From assembly GCA_000002445.1 (NCBI GenBank), contig CP000066.1, positions 256,001 to 320,000 of the forward strand: 64,000 nucleotides of DNA. The letters run 5' to 3'. The stretch is from Trypanosoma brucei (Eukaryota). Made by a program: the position numbers and the translations under genes. This document shows, piece after piece, positions 43,391 through 54,453 of this stretch (positions are counted from its first letter, which is position 1; the number at the start of each line of letters is the position of its first letter). Below the pieces are notes generated by a model. It searched no databases, was not told the origin of the DNA, and saw only the letters and a list, made by a program, of their open reading frames with translations.

Positions 43391-43582
43391 TCTTCGATGT
43401 TGTGGCGTGGTGTGTTGTGTTGTGTTATCCTTTCCCGCAGGTATGTTATTAGTGGTGAACCCAACTCTTTGTAGCTAACCGCATGACACGTTTGGGGCCT
43501 CAACCCTTCGCATATCGGTTAATGGTGTTTTTTCTCTCTAATCTTTTTTCCTTTCTTGACGTGAACTGTTGCGGTTAGTTGG
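43391..43582 (+). repeat. Copy B of the 191/192-bp dispersed intergenic repeat (see 28023-28213)
   Basis: As for copy A. It lies about 250 bp upstream of the Sec24 start codon. Confidence 0.85.
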
Positions 43583-43833
43583 GTTCACATGCGCTACTTT
43601 TGACCTCCTCATCTTTGTGTATTGTCAGTCACGTAGGCGCAGGCATCGGCTGCATTTGTATGTAGGGGTACTTATGCGAGCACGTCTGCATGTGCAAGTT
43701 TCTGGCGTAACGGCATCAGTGACTGCACCGCCGTCTCTGTGTGCAATGCGCGCCAGAATCGGCAGAAGAGCTATCCGTGTTTCCGTAATGCCCTACCCCG
43801 TATTTCATCAATTCATTACTTTTCCATACTTTT

Positions 43834-46776
43834 TTGTTACTAGCCAAATTTAGGATGTCGTACCCACACAACTTTGACCACCAGGCGCCACCTCTACAAC
43901 AACTGCAGCAACAAGTACCTCCTCCATTACCACACGGGTCGTGGGCTCCGCAGCCAAACCAGGGTCCAGGTGTACCATTTAATGGTGTGGGTCCGGGGAT
44001 AACGGGAGCTTACGGCGCGGCAAGTGCCTCGGGTAACGCACCTACGGCACAGGATTGGTACTACAACCAATGCCCCACTTCGGCTTCCGGTGCACCTTAT
44101 AGCAATGGGACGAACAACTTCGCCTACACACCCGAGATGCAGTACCAACCGCCGCACGCGCAGCAGCAACAGCAGCAGCAACAACTGTCGTATAAAATTC
44201 CATCGGCGGCGGCAGCCCAACCATCATTCCCAGGCCTCGGTGCGACGGCGGCAAGTTCTCCCCACACGCCCGCTACCGTTGGTCAATATTCTGAACACCC
44301 ACCTGCCGCCCGGCACCACGACGTTTCGGAACGCAACGAGCATCGGGGAATTCCTTGTCAGGAGAACTTACGTTCCTTTCCTGCGCCTCAGTCACGGCAT
44401 AGTGCAGATTCAGAGAGACAGTCCACCGGCCCCCCACCTAATTATGTGCGTCCTCCTCCGAGACGCGCTGTGGACCTCGTTAAGGCGCCTAACCCTAATG
44501 AGTGTGTACCTCCTTCCTCGGACAGTCTCATGTCCAACCACTCTAACCTCCAGTTTCCATCTGGTGCAGATGCCAACATTAGCAACGCAAGCGTAAAGTT
44601 TTTTCGACCGACGATGAAGTGGGTGCCCGCAAGTGCCAATCTCGTGAAGGACAGCCGCGTGCCATTTGGGGCTGTGATTGCCCCTCTTTGCCAACCCGTT
44701 GATCCGCAGGAAGAGGTTCCGTGTGTTTCCGGTTACCCACCCGTTCGGTGTCAGCGCTGCCGAGCTTATGTTTCTTGTCACGCGCGCTTTACAAACATGG
44801 GTCGAAACTGGGTTTGCCCTCTCTGCAGTATGTGCAACGATGTGAGCGAAGAGTACTTCTGCAACTTAGATAATCAGGGCCAGCGGTTGGATAAGATGCA
44901 GCGACCAGAACTTTCACGGGGGAGCGTGGAGTTCGACGTGGATGCATATCCTGAGTATGCGTTACGGAACAGCGATGATGCGGCTCTCGAAGCTAGACCA
45001 CTGCATTATCTGTTTCTGTTGGATGTGTCGGTAAAGGCGGCAACGACATTTCTGTCTGACTATGTGGATGCTTTACTCCGCTCACTTCACGAGATGGCAG
45101 TTCAGTATCCCGAGTGCCGCGTTGCCTTTATCACGTACGCATCAACGCTTCACTTCTATAATGTCCGTCACCCTCGCATGCCCCAAATGATTGTTTCAGA
45201 CGTGTGCAACCCGTTCGTACCCCTTCCCTTCACGAGTCTCTGCTGGCTTACACTCGGCACTGAGTTAGACTTGGTGGATGCGTTCTTGTTGCGTGTACCG
45301 GAGTATGCGAGTGACCTCTGTGAGACCGGCTGCGTGCTGGGTGCTGCGGTGGAGGTGGCAAAACTCGTGTTGTCCGGGCAGCATGGTGGTCGCGTTATTA
45401 TAACCGCGCATAAGGCACCACAAAATGGGATCGGCGCTATCAAACCGCGCGAGCAGCATGTCCTATACGGAACGGAAAAGGAAAAGGAACTGCTGCGCCC
45501 GCTAGACGGATACTGGCAGACGATTGCAACCACGTGTGCAAAGGAGCAGATTTCACTTGATTTGCACATGTTCGCCGATGAATATTGCGAATTGGTGACC
45601 CTCTCACATCCCTGCCACGTCACAAACGGCCGTGTACATCTCTTCTCCAACTACGATAGTCAAACTGACGCCGTTGAACTGCAGGCTGTGCTTGATCAGG
45701 CGCTGTTAGAGGAGGCCGGTTATGCTGGTATACTGCGTGTTCGCTGCAGCACCGGTCTGCGTGTTCAGAGGTATCATGGACATTTCTTCTCCCAAGACAA
45801 GCACGATATGGATCTTGTTCACGTTCAGGGCTCCTCCTCCTTTTATGTTGAATTTGCGCATGAGTCGAAGCCTGATAGCAGTTCTGCCGCATACTTTCAA
45901 ACCGCGTTACTGTACACCACGCGTAGGGGCAATCGTCGGGTGCGCGTTCACTCAGTGCGAATACCGATAGCTTCGTCTATTTCATCAATTTTCGATGGAG
46001 ACACTGTGGCAGTCCTGATGGCGTACATACACCAGGTTATTTCTAATTCGGTGAACAAGGGGTTGAAATACGCTAGGGAACAGATGCATCAGCAACTGTT
46101 ACAACTGTTAACTAGCTACCGCCGTGTTGTTTCACAGAAATCCACATCGGTGCTGCTTATGCCTGGTAGCCTCCGTCTTATGCCACTCTATACGCTGTGT
46201 GTCCTGAAATCCGATGCAATTGCCGAGGGTACTACTGTTCGTATCGACGACCGGGTGCAGAAACTCTTTCACTTACTTACTGTTCCCACTCATCAATGCC
46301 TTTCGTACTTTTACCCCACCCTTTACGCCATGCATTCGTCGATGGAGGAAACGTTCTGTGGGGCGATAAACCCCGAGACCGGTGACTGCGTTATGCCACC
46401 GCGGAAACGACTGTTCTACGAAAGTATTACAACTGACGGTGTGTACATTCTTTGTGATGAGCAGGCACGGTCGGTGTACTTGTGGGTTGGCTCTGCTGTG
46501 ACGCCTGAGATATCTTTGGAGTTGTTCGGAACGGCGAATTCAGCAGAGGTGGGGCGCAGCGTATTCTTCGATCACTTTGGGGAGCGGCTGCGGAACGTAC
46601 TGTGGGCTTGCCTGAATCGTGATGGACGCATGCGGCGTTTGGTGATTTTGCATCAAAAGGACCGGGGTGAGGAAGCTTTCTTTAAGCAACTGAAGGAAGA
46701 AGGTGAAGGAGGAACGATGAGTTACGACCAACTACTGTTGAAACTGCACAAAGCGGTGGGCGAGTTGGCGCTATGA
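43834..46776 (+). CDS. SEC24: COPII coat component Sec24
   Basis: Gln/Pro-rich N-terminus. Sec23/24 zinc finger CQRCRAYVSCHARFTNMGRNWVCPLC. Trunk/beta-barrel/helical/gelsolin-like C-terminal organisation. 980 aa. Confidence 0.85.
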   Translation: MLLAKFRMSYPHNFDHQAPPLQQLQQQVPPPLPHGSWAPQPNQGPGVPFNGVGPGITGAYGAASASGNAPTAQDWYYNQCPTSASGAPYSNGTNNFAYTPEMQYQPPHAQQQQQQQQLSYKIPSAAAAQPSFPGLGATAASSPHTPATVGQYSEHPPAARHHDVSERNEHRGIPCQENLRSFPAPQSRHSADSERQSTGPPPNYVRPPPRRAVDLVKAPNPNECVPPSSDSLMSNHSNLQFPSGADANISNASVKFFRPTMKWVPASANLVKDSRVPFGAVIAPLCQPVDPQEEVPCVSGYPPVRCQRCRAYVSCHARFTNMGRNWVCPLCSMCNDVSEEYFCNLDNQGQRLDKMQRPELSRGSVEFDVDAYPEYALRNSDDAALEARPLHYLFLLDVSVKAATTFLSDYVDALLRSLHEMAVQYPECRVAFITYASTLHFYNVRHPRMPQMIVSDVCNPFVPLPFTSLCWLTLGTELDLVDAFLLRVPEYASDLCETGCVLGAAVEVAKLVLSGQHGGRVIITAHKAPQNGIGAIKPREQHVLYGTEKEKELLRPLDGYWQTIATTCAKEQISLDLHMFADEYCELVTLSHPCHVTNGRVHLFSNYDSQTDAVELQAVLDQALLEEAGYAGILRVRCSTGLRVQRYHGHFFSQDKHDMDLVHVQGSSSFYVEFAHESKPDSSSAAYFQTALLYTTRRGNRRVRVHSVRIPIASSISSIFDGDTVAVLMAYIHQVISNSVNKGLKYAREQMHQQLLQLLTSYRRVVSQKSTSVLLMPGSLRLMPLYTLCVLKSDAIAEGTTVRIDDRVQKLFHLLTVPTHQCLSYFYPTLYAMHSSMEETFCGAINPETGDCVMPPRKRLFYESITTDGVYILCDEQARSVYLWVGSAVTPEISLELFGTANSAEVGRSVFFDHFGERLRNVLWACLNRDGRMRRLVILHQKDRGEEAFFKQLKEEGEGGTMSYDQLLLKLHKAVGELAL

Positions 46777-48195
46777 TATCCATCCGCTTCTTTCCCCCCT
46801 TTTAAAAATTTTTAGGTGTGTTACTGCAGGCCTTCGGTTGCTCGTGCCTGGGCGGATGATGGCACTCTTATATATATATATTCTGCATATGGTCGTTTAT
46901 TTGGCGCATGAGAGGTTTCGTGTGGTTGTCATAATTAGTTGTGTCGCTTACGTCACTCCGCTGAGAGTGACTCCGTGTAAATCGTTTGTTGCGCGACCCC
47001 TTTTTTTCTTTTGTTTTCCCCTTGAAGGTGAGGCGCAACGGTGAACCTTATGGCGAAGGGTGGTCCTTCGCAGCGCTTTCGGAAACTGAATAATAGGGGT
47101 TTATGTGCGTTTTCGTGTTTTTGCTTGCGGAGGTTCAAATTCAAATCAAACTTTGAAGCACCAAAAGAATCGAGAGGGGATATGAGGGGAATCGGAATGA
47201 TAGCGAATAAGCGGGATCATCGCGATGAAAAGGAAGGAGAAAGAGATTTGAAGAAGCGAAACGTGGAAGAATTGAGGGAAGAGGAAGTACTTGTTGTGGA
47301 ATAAATTCAGTACTTAATATAGAGCACTTCACACATGTCTCTTTCACTCCCTTTGCCTCCGCTAGTTTGTTTCTTTTTCCGTATATTCCCTCTTCCCTTA
47401 CCGCTGCACTAACAATAATCCTCGTTAGGTGACTGAAGGAGGGCTTAAGTGCGTGCGTTAATTCACTCTCTTTATCTTGTTGGTAATGGTAATCCGAGGG
47501 AGTGTGAGGAGGTTTAAAACAAGAAATTGTAAACAAAAGAAACTTAAGGGTGAATGGACGAACATTCACCATTTGGGGCACATGAGTATGTGTGCATATG
47601 TTGGTGTTTTGTTAGTAGAAATATTTATATGTACGAAGTTGAGCGGCTGTGCATCTGTCATCCCTTTGTGCGTAAGAGACCGGAAACCAGTGGAGTGAAA
47701 AAGAAGGAGCGTGGAGGGGAGGGGGGAAGAATTGAACCATGGTGTCGGTGACGTGAGAAAATAATTCGCGTTAAGCTTGTTTCACTTATTCTTTCCAACT
47801 TACCTCATGTTTCCTAACTTCTTCCTTTCGTTTCCTTTCTCCGCTTCTTCTCTCGCTCTCAAATAACATTTTGATTTTTTTTTGTCATACTTCCTTTTTG
47901 TTTCTTTTGATTCGCCCACGTAGGATGCAAAATTGGAACCATTGATCTGTTTGTTGTTTCCTTCCTACATTTCCTTTAATCTCTACGCGTCTTCGCGCCG
48001 TTTTATTTCTGTGCTAAAAGTTTTTATCTCAATAGCGGCCCTAAGTGTTCATGCTGTTAAGCGCTAAAGTCTTCTCGTTGGGAGTGAACGTGCAATCACA
48101 GGCTTAGACGAGTGTCAGGAGGAAGCAGCAGGGGAAAAGTGTTAGGTTACGCAAGTCAGTGAAAGCAGGGGTTCCAGATACCTTACTTGACGCGC

Positions 48196-48209
48196 ATATA
48201 TATATACAT

Positions 48210-48259
<50 letters not shown>
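48196..48259. repeat. Compound microsatellite (AT)n(AC)n(AT)n followed by (TTTA)n, immediately upstream of the SLX1-like start
   Basis: Seen directly. It explains the spurious Y/I-rich ORFs 48159..48434 and 48187..48405. Confidence 0.95.
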
Positions 48260-48264
<5 letters not shown>

Positions 48265-48289
48265 TATTTATTTATTGGTGTGGAACTGA

Positions 48290-49885
48290 GTGTTTCTCTC
48301 TTTTCTTTCTGGTTCGCGTTTGGATCCCGTCTACCCCAGAAAAACGGAAATGGACACCCGGTTTCACTGTGTCTATTTACTCACGAGCTTGGACCCTCAA
48401 TGTGAAGGCGCGCACTACATTGGATACACGGTGAATCCCATCCGGCGCCTTCGGCAGCATAATGGAGAATTGGTGAACGGCGCAAGACGAACAAAGAGAA
48501 ACGGACGGCCGTGGCTGCTTCTAATGTGTGTCTCCGGCTTCGGTGAAGACCGCATAGCGCTCAAGTTTGAATGGTGCTGGCAGAATCCATCGAAGTCCAC
48601 GCGGTTAAAGTCACACGTATCTCAGCTACGGTGTGTTCACAAACTGACCCACGCTGTCGGTGTTCTGCTGCTGCTGTTGCGCACGGAACTTTTCTCTAGG
48701 CTGCAACTGACACTCCACATTTTTGATCGGGAGCACTTTGATAAGGTGATCTCACAATTGCTGTCGGCACTGCCGACAATGGAGCCGCTGGTGGAGACGT
48801 CTCTTCTTCGTGTGGAAAGCACGACTATAGAGCAGTTCCAGACCCAATACATGAATGATGGGCAGTGGGGTGCAGCGGTAGATTACGGCGCTTACTTCAT
48901 GCGAGCACCACCGGGAGCTAACGTCGACGTCAGCAAGCCTATCGTTGGCGGCCAGGATAATACACTTCGTTGCGGCGTCATGCATAACAACTTGTGTGAA
49001 GAAGAAGTCATCAGACAGCATGTAAAGGAGCGAACATTGCTTGAGTCCGGGCACTACCCCTGCTCGTTATGCTCGCTGCCGCTGAGAGCGCCGTACTTCT
49101 TGCGCTGCTCACGCACGCCATTCTGCAGGCTTCGTGCGCACATTGTGTGTCTTGCCATGTGGTTTATCTATGATTCCTCACAACGTGGTGGCGACCCTCT
49201 GGTGAAAGATGCCGGGCCAGCGGAGGTGGCGGAGAACAGCAACGACGCTGCCTGTCAAGTGAATGAGAACTGCTATTCCCTTTCTGGCTGTGGGCCTGTT
49301 GTTGGTGGTATTTTCAATCACGACGCATACACAGACCGAAGAGACGACAACTCGCCGCCGTCCCCACCTTGTCCCCTTCCCACTCAATCATCACAGGCGG
49401 ATGCATCGTTGGCTGCAACGAGTTTGCCGCTTGTACCACGAGCGCCATGCGATTGTCCATTATGTGATGAGGAGTTGCAATGGAGCGCGCTCGTCTACGA
49501 TCTGAAGCGCCGGGTGGCGGTGGAGAAGCGCCGTGCAGAACGTGAAAGGCGGGAGGCTATGGACGCCGAGTTCGCGCAAAGGTTTCAACGCCTTCAGTCT
49601 GAGAGCAACAAAAAATCGACAGCGCGGGAGCGGGGTGCATTGGAGGGTGTGAGACGAAAGCGAAGGCGGCGCGGGGAGGTAGCAGCCAAGTTAACTCAAC
49701 AAACAGCAGTTCGGCACGAGCCCACATCGGGCGCTTCTGGTGATCGTGCTCATTCCGCTCCGCCAGCCCCTTCATGTGGAGGGTTTGATGAAATTCCCGC
49801 CAACGTCACGAACCCCACCGCTCCGCTACATGCTGATGTCTTGCAGGTCACAGAGTTCAACGTCGACGAGTGGCTTAACCACTGA
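48290..49885 (+). CDS. SLX1: SLX1-type structure-specific endonuclease (GIY-YIG/URI nuclease + C-terminal zinc finger). The probable start is Met at 48350 ([11 protein letters not shown]…).
   Basis: FHCVYLLTS…[21 protein letters not shown]…GARRTKR…[27 protein letters not shown] is collinear with the SLX1 GIY-YIG domain. Downstream Cys/His cluster (CSLCSLPL…C…C…H…C; [10 protein letters not shown]). Confidence 0.75.
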
Positions 49886-50318
49886 ACCGTATTGTACTCT
49901 TGTGGGCGGAATGAAGTTGTGACACGCAAAATGAATATTTTTGTGCGTTTGCGTGTAGATCTTGGTGGAGGGGGTTGCTGTCACTTCCGCTTGTCCTGCT
50001 TTTCTTGCTCTTAGTGCTAGGAGGTAGATGCTTTTTCGGTTTTTTTCTTCGTGTGTTTACAGTAAGCAGTTGTTTAGGTGGAATGTGTCATCACCGTCTA
50101 AACTCAGTTTTTCCCCCCCTCCTTTTTCATCATCCTCCAATTATTTCTTGTCTTTGTGTTTCCGTTCATTCCTCTTAGATGCTATTGTTTGTAAAGGCAT
50201 AGTTTTCCTCTTACTTGTGTTTACCTCTTGTTTTCGATTTGGTTTCCGTGTTCTGAGGCACGTCCGCCGAGTAAGGTACGGAATTTAGAATACAAAAAGA
50301 AATATTTGTTACCGTCTA

Positions 50319-53165
50319 ATGATTTTCGGGGAAGATATTGGACCGCAGGACTCGGTGGCCGTGTCATGTGGAAGCACTAACATGGTCAACGACACGCCCA
50401 AAGAGGCCCTTGTGCTGCAGCGACGTGGCCGATGGGTCATGAAGCTGGCAGTTGCCCTTTTTCTCAGCGGAAAGGATCTACAAAGTGAGGGGGAGCTTTC
50501 CATCATGCACAGCGAAATTTGGAGTTACGCCGCGCTCGGCAATGAGGCGGTACGTCGCGGGTACGTTCCGTTAGGCACACCGGTGGCAGGGGCACAGTCC
50601 GTATGGAAGCGAAAGCTCGGTGAGTTGTGGTTGGAAAAAGGTTTTGAACCTTGTATGATTCAACTGGAGCCATACTTTCAGCAAGAGTTTGAACGACTGT
50701 TGGCGAAGGGGATTCTGAAACCGCAATCGGGCACAGAAAAGGATAGTAATTGCAGTGCAGTACGTCCAGTTGACACACCGGAACCTGCGAGACTTTCTTC
50801 ACGAAACAACGGAGCTGTGGAGGAGTTCGCAAAGCCGTTAGCGAGCCTATATGAGGCCTCCTTGCGATATCTGCGTAATGTGGGTATGAAGACGACCGCA
50901 TCAACAAATGGATGGGTCAGCGCTGAGGAGCTCTACTCATACTTAAAAGACCGCAAGCACAGTCTAATAGTGAAGGTGCCCGATGATATCGTGAGCGAAT
51001 GCGATGTTCTTCCCACTACACCAGCTCGTCTCCTCGTAGTGCTTTCTCAACTTGATTTGATTGGACGGCTCCAGTTCCGGTGGGAGCGTAGCTCGAAAGT
51101 TGACGGAAAAAGGGATGGTGAACGTATGTCGCTTGGGGATGAGCAGGTGGAGTGCTCAGTGAGCGTTCGTGCGGCGTGGGCGCACAAAGATAGCTCTCTC
51201 GCTTCCAAGGTAGTGTCTGATCACCCCAAAATGGCGCTTGAGAAGGCGTTGGAGATTTTCAGCCCCTGTAGAGAAATTTATGATTTTGTTGAATCCGTTG
51301 AGCGCTGGGAGGTGGCGGCAAAACTCCACGGGCGTGAGATACCGACGTTTCGCCCCTTTCTGATGCTTGCGGTGGGTGATTCGATCAGAGCCCGTATCCC
51401 CAAAGATCCTGTGCGGCGGGCAGCCGCTCTGTTAGCAAGTAAGGTGACAACTAAGTCGGCCTTTCTTTCTGTCAGTAGGAGCTTTTTAGGTTTGCATCTA
51501 CAGCGCCCAGTGTGTGTTGTGCATTCAAACATTTTTGAGGGGGGTGCCATGCATTTGAGGCAGACTGCGGGTCACGGCCAGCCCCCTAGGGGGGTGCTGC
51601 TCCTTCACTTGAGTGACATAGTTTATAATGCCATTTCAAATGTGGATACAAAACGTGGGGCACTATTTGTCAAATCCGAAATTTTATACTGTGGCGATGC
51701 TTCATCTGTACGCAGCGAGTCAATCAAATCTCTTTGTCTAGAGACTGAGGAGCCTAAAACTTGCACAGAACCCCCTTCCACCAGTGCACTGCTATTTGCC
51801 CGCCTTGCTGAGAAAAGTATCACTTTCAACGTGCCAGCGGAATCGCCGAGGGTCAGTTCGCCAACGTTGGCGAACAGGATTTTAACGTTGAAACGTCCCA
51901 CTCCAACAACAAACGCTACTGAGTTTCTCTGCGGGTTGCGCTCGCTCAGTCATGGGATGGGGAATTTCGCAAGGGAGGCATTCTTCAAAAAGTGGATAGA
52001 AGACATCCTCGCATTATTGAGAGCCAGAAACAACAGAAATGGAAGTGACCGAAGTAATAGTTGCAGAACGCCGACGGAAAAGGTATTGAGCATTACTCCT
52101 GACTGTGTATACACCGACTTCTCTTTGATTATTGCAGGGAAACAAAAAAAAGATAATAGCCGTCCACCTGGTTTGCGGAGTTTATCGAAGGAGTTAATCA
52201 ACGGTATAGCAGAGGGTGGATGCGATCCATTGTACATCAAGAGCAAACAAGAAGGTACGATTGTGGTTTATTTTCAATCCACAGTAAGTGACGAGAGGGA
52301 CGTTACTGAAATTTTTTTCAGCAGCCCGTTGCTGCTTTTGCGTTCTTCATATACCGTAGGAGATAATGAGGGCAAACAAACGGAGGAGGAGACATCAGTT
52401 GCCAATCATCGCTCCGCGCTGTTTTTGCGTGTTGACAAAAGCAGCGACAGTTTTGCCGAGGGAGATACCTTCAGGAGCTTGACGGTTGTTGAATTGGACA
52501 GGGAGCAAAAGAAGGTCGCAGAGGCCTTGCGTAGCGACTGTAACACAGAAGTGACACTACGGTCGGTGGAATTGTGTGTTGATGAGTGGTGTTTGGAGGT
52601 GTTAGTTCCCCTCGAAAAAGTTGTTGAGGAATACATATTTGCCCCAATCAAGCAATGCCTTTATGGTCGTGGAAATTCTGAGTCTCCATTCCTGCTGCTT
52701 TCGGAAGCGGATCAAGCAAAACTCGAGCAGTCTTTGATGGAGCAACTGTTGTTAGCTGTCACTCCGGTGAAGAACGAAGCCCTTGAGTACCTGGGCGATG
52801 CCGTTCTTGATTTCGTTGTCGCCCAGGAAAAACTGAACAGCTGGACAGGGGGCCCCATAGTTGATGCTACGTGCAACGCATCTCTCGCTAAGTGTCTTTT
52901 TCCGCAATTGCGCAATTACTTTGAAATGAAATTGGGGATCTCCAACCAGAAACGACAAGCCGATATGGTGGAAGCCATTTTTGGTGCTGTTGCCATGGCG
53001 TTATGGGTCATTCCCCGCCGAAAAGTTTTGGAATCATCGACGGATACAACGGTGACCGGAGGTGGAGGAGGCGAAACGCCGGCAGCTGGAGGACTCCTTC
53101 CCTTCGCGGCTCTTCTGTCGGTCACTAAGGCATTGATGGATGCGTTGAATATTACCACTCAGTGA
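50319..53165 (+). CDS. RNase III-domain protein, 948 aa, with Dicer-like 2 (DCL2)-type architecture: C-terminal catalytic RNase III signature, a possible degenerate upstream RNase III-like segment, and no helicase
   Basis: C-terminal NEALEYLGDAVLDFVV…ADMVEAIFGAVA matches the RNase III signature ERLEFLGDAvL…aDvvEAliGAi. An upstream segment FLMLAVGDSIRARI may be a degenerate second RNase III motif. Confidence 0.6.
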   Translation: MIFGEDIGPQDSVAVSCGSTNMVNDTPKEALVLQRRGRWVMKLAVALFLSGKDLQSEGELSIMHSEIWSYAALGNEAVRRGYVPLGTPVAGAQSVWKRKLGELWLEKGFEPCMIQLEPYFQQEFERLLAKGILKPQSGTEKDSNCSAVRPVDTPEPARLSSRNNGAVEEFAKPLASLYEASLRYLRNVGMKTTASTNGWVSAEELYSYLKDRKHSLIVKVPDDIVSECDVLPTTPARLLVVLSQLDLIGRLQFRWERSSKVDGKRDGERMSLGDEQVECSVSVRAAWAHKDSSLASKVVSDHPKMALEKALEIFSPCREIYDFVESVERWEVAAKLHGREIPTFRPFLMLAVGDSIRARIPKDPVRRAAALLASKVTTKSAFLSVSRSFLGLHLQRPVCVVHSNIFEGGAMHLRQTAGHGQPPRGVLLLHLSDIVYNAISNVDTKRGALFVKSEILYCGDASSVRSESIKSLCLETEEPKTCTEPPSTSALLFARLAEKSITFNVPAESPRVSSPTLANRILTLKRPTPTTNATEFLCGLRSLSHGMGNFAREAFFKKWIEDILALLRARNNRNGSDRSNSCRTPTEKVLSITPDCVYTDFSLIIAGKQKKDNSRPPGLRSLSKELINGIAEGGCDPLYIKSKQEGTIVVYFQSTVSDERDVTEIFFSSPLLLLRSSYTVGDNEGKQTEEETSVANHRSALFLRVDKSSDSFAEGDTFRSLTVVELDREQKKVAEALRSDCNTEVTLRSVELCVDEWCLEVLVPLEKVVEEYIFAPIKQCLYGRGNSESPFLLLSEADQAKLEQSLMEQLLLAVTPVKNEALEYLGDAVLDFVVAQEKLNSWTGGPIVDATCNASLAKCLFPQLRNYFEMKLGISNQKRQADMVEAIFGAVAMALWVIPRRKVLESSTDTTVTGGGGGETPAAGGLLPFAALLSVTKALMDALNITTQ

Positions 53166-53325
53166 TTCATTCTCTTACTGACATTGCTGTTGTCAGGGAC
53201 GGGGAAATTATGTATGTGTGTTTCTTGTGCAACACTTTTGGGCTAACACGAGAAACACATGAACGTAAAAACGGGCCGATTGCAATAACTTAGCGGTGCT
53301 AAGCCATGGCTACTCACCTTAGATA

Positions 53326-53392
53326 CTTCCTTTCGTTCTTTTTTTTCTCCTGTTAATAAGCCCTTTCTTCCTATCCTTCCACTTTTTGACAG
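53326..53392 (+). promoter_or_regulatory. Polypyrimidine tract + AG upstream of the PP2Ac gene (candidate trans-splice acceptor)
   Basis: cttcctttcgttcttttttttctcctgttaataagccctttcttcctatccttccactttttgacag, about 90 nt upstream of the ATG. Confidence 0.5.
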
Positions 53393-53481
53393 GCCGTCGT
53401 CGCACTACAAGTAGTTTTTGCTAGTTTAAGTTGTCATCTACTCAAAACCAAACCCACCAGCACATTATATAGGGGCGGGGG

Positions 53482-54453
53482 ATGCCTGCGACTACCTCAA
53501 TTCCACCGGTGACGGCTCCGGGGACCGGTGGGGAGGCGAGCAGTTTTAATGTGGATGAACTGATTCAATACGTGTTGCAGGGGAAACCTCTCAGTGAGCC
53601 GCAAGTGGCCCGACTCTGTCAGAAGGCGAGAGAGGTTTTGGAGAAGGAGGAGAATGTACACACCGTCCGTGCACCCGTCACGGTGTGCGGCGATATTCAC
53701 GGCCAGTTTCACGACTTGCTGGAACTTCTGAAGATTGGTGGACTTCCGCCGGACACTAATTACCTCTTCATGGGCGATTATGTCGATCGTGGGTACTACA
53801 GTGTTGAGACAGTAACTTTGTTACTCCTCTTCAAGATCCGTTATCCGGAGCGCGTTCAGATATTGCGTGGAAATCACGAATCACGTCAGATCACCCAAGT
53901 TTACGGCTTTTACGATGAGTGCGTCCGAAAGTATGGCAGTGCAAACGTCTGGAAGTTGTTAACGGATCTCTTCGATTATTTGCCTCTTGCTGCTGTCGTT
54001 GAGAATGAGATATTTTGCCTTCACGGTGGCCTTTCGCCAACACTTGATAGTCTTGCCCACATTCGCAGTTTAGAACGTGTTCAAGAGGTGCCCCACGAGG
54101 GGCCAATGTGCGACTTACTGTGGAGCGACCCAGAGGACAAGGACGGTTGGGGTATCAGCCCTCGCGGCGCCGGTTTCACTTTTGGCGCCGACATTACAGA
54201 ACAATTTTGTCATAATAACGGTTTGAAAACAATTGCTCGTGCGCATCAGCTTGTGGCTGAAGGGTACAGTTGGGCACATAGCGACAAACTCGTAACAATA
54301 TTTAGTGCTCCAAATTATTGCTACCGTTGTGGCAACCTTGCGGGTCTGCTGGAATTGGACGAGCATATGAACAAATGCTTCTTCCAGTTTGATCCCGCAC
54401 CACGCCGTGGTGAGGCACAGGTGTCAAAAAAGACACCTGACTACTTTTTGTGA
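53482..54453 (+). CDS. PP2AC: Serine/threonine protein phosphatase PP2A-type catalytic subunit
   Basis: GDIHGQ, GDYVDRG, GNHE, HGG, RG and H motifs of PPP phosphatases. Near-identity with PP2Ac over long blocks (…[18 protein letters not shown]…[23 protein letters not shown]…[11 protein letters not shown]…) and PP2A-type C-terminus …TPDYFL. Confidence 0.92.
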   Translation: MPATTSIPPVTAPGTGGEASSFNVDELIQYVLQGKPLSEPQVARLCQKAREVLEKEENVHTVRAPVTVCGDIHGQFHDLLELLKIGGLPPDTNYLFMGDYVDRGYYSVETVTLLLLFKIRYPERVQILRGNHESRQITQVYGFYDECVRKYGSANVWKLLTDLFDYLPLAAVVENEIFCLHGGLSPTLDSLAHIRSLERVQEVPHEGPMCDLLWSDPEDKDGWGISPRGAGFTFGADITEQFCHNNGLKTIARAHQLVAEGYSWAHSDKLVTIFSAPNYCYRCGNLAGLLELDEHMNKCFFQFDPAPRRGEAQVSKKTPDYFL

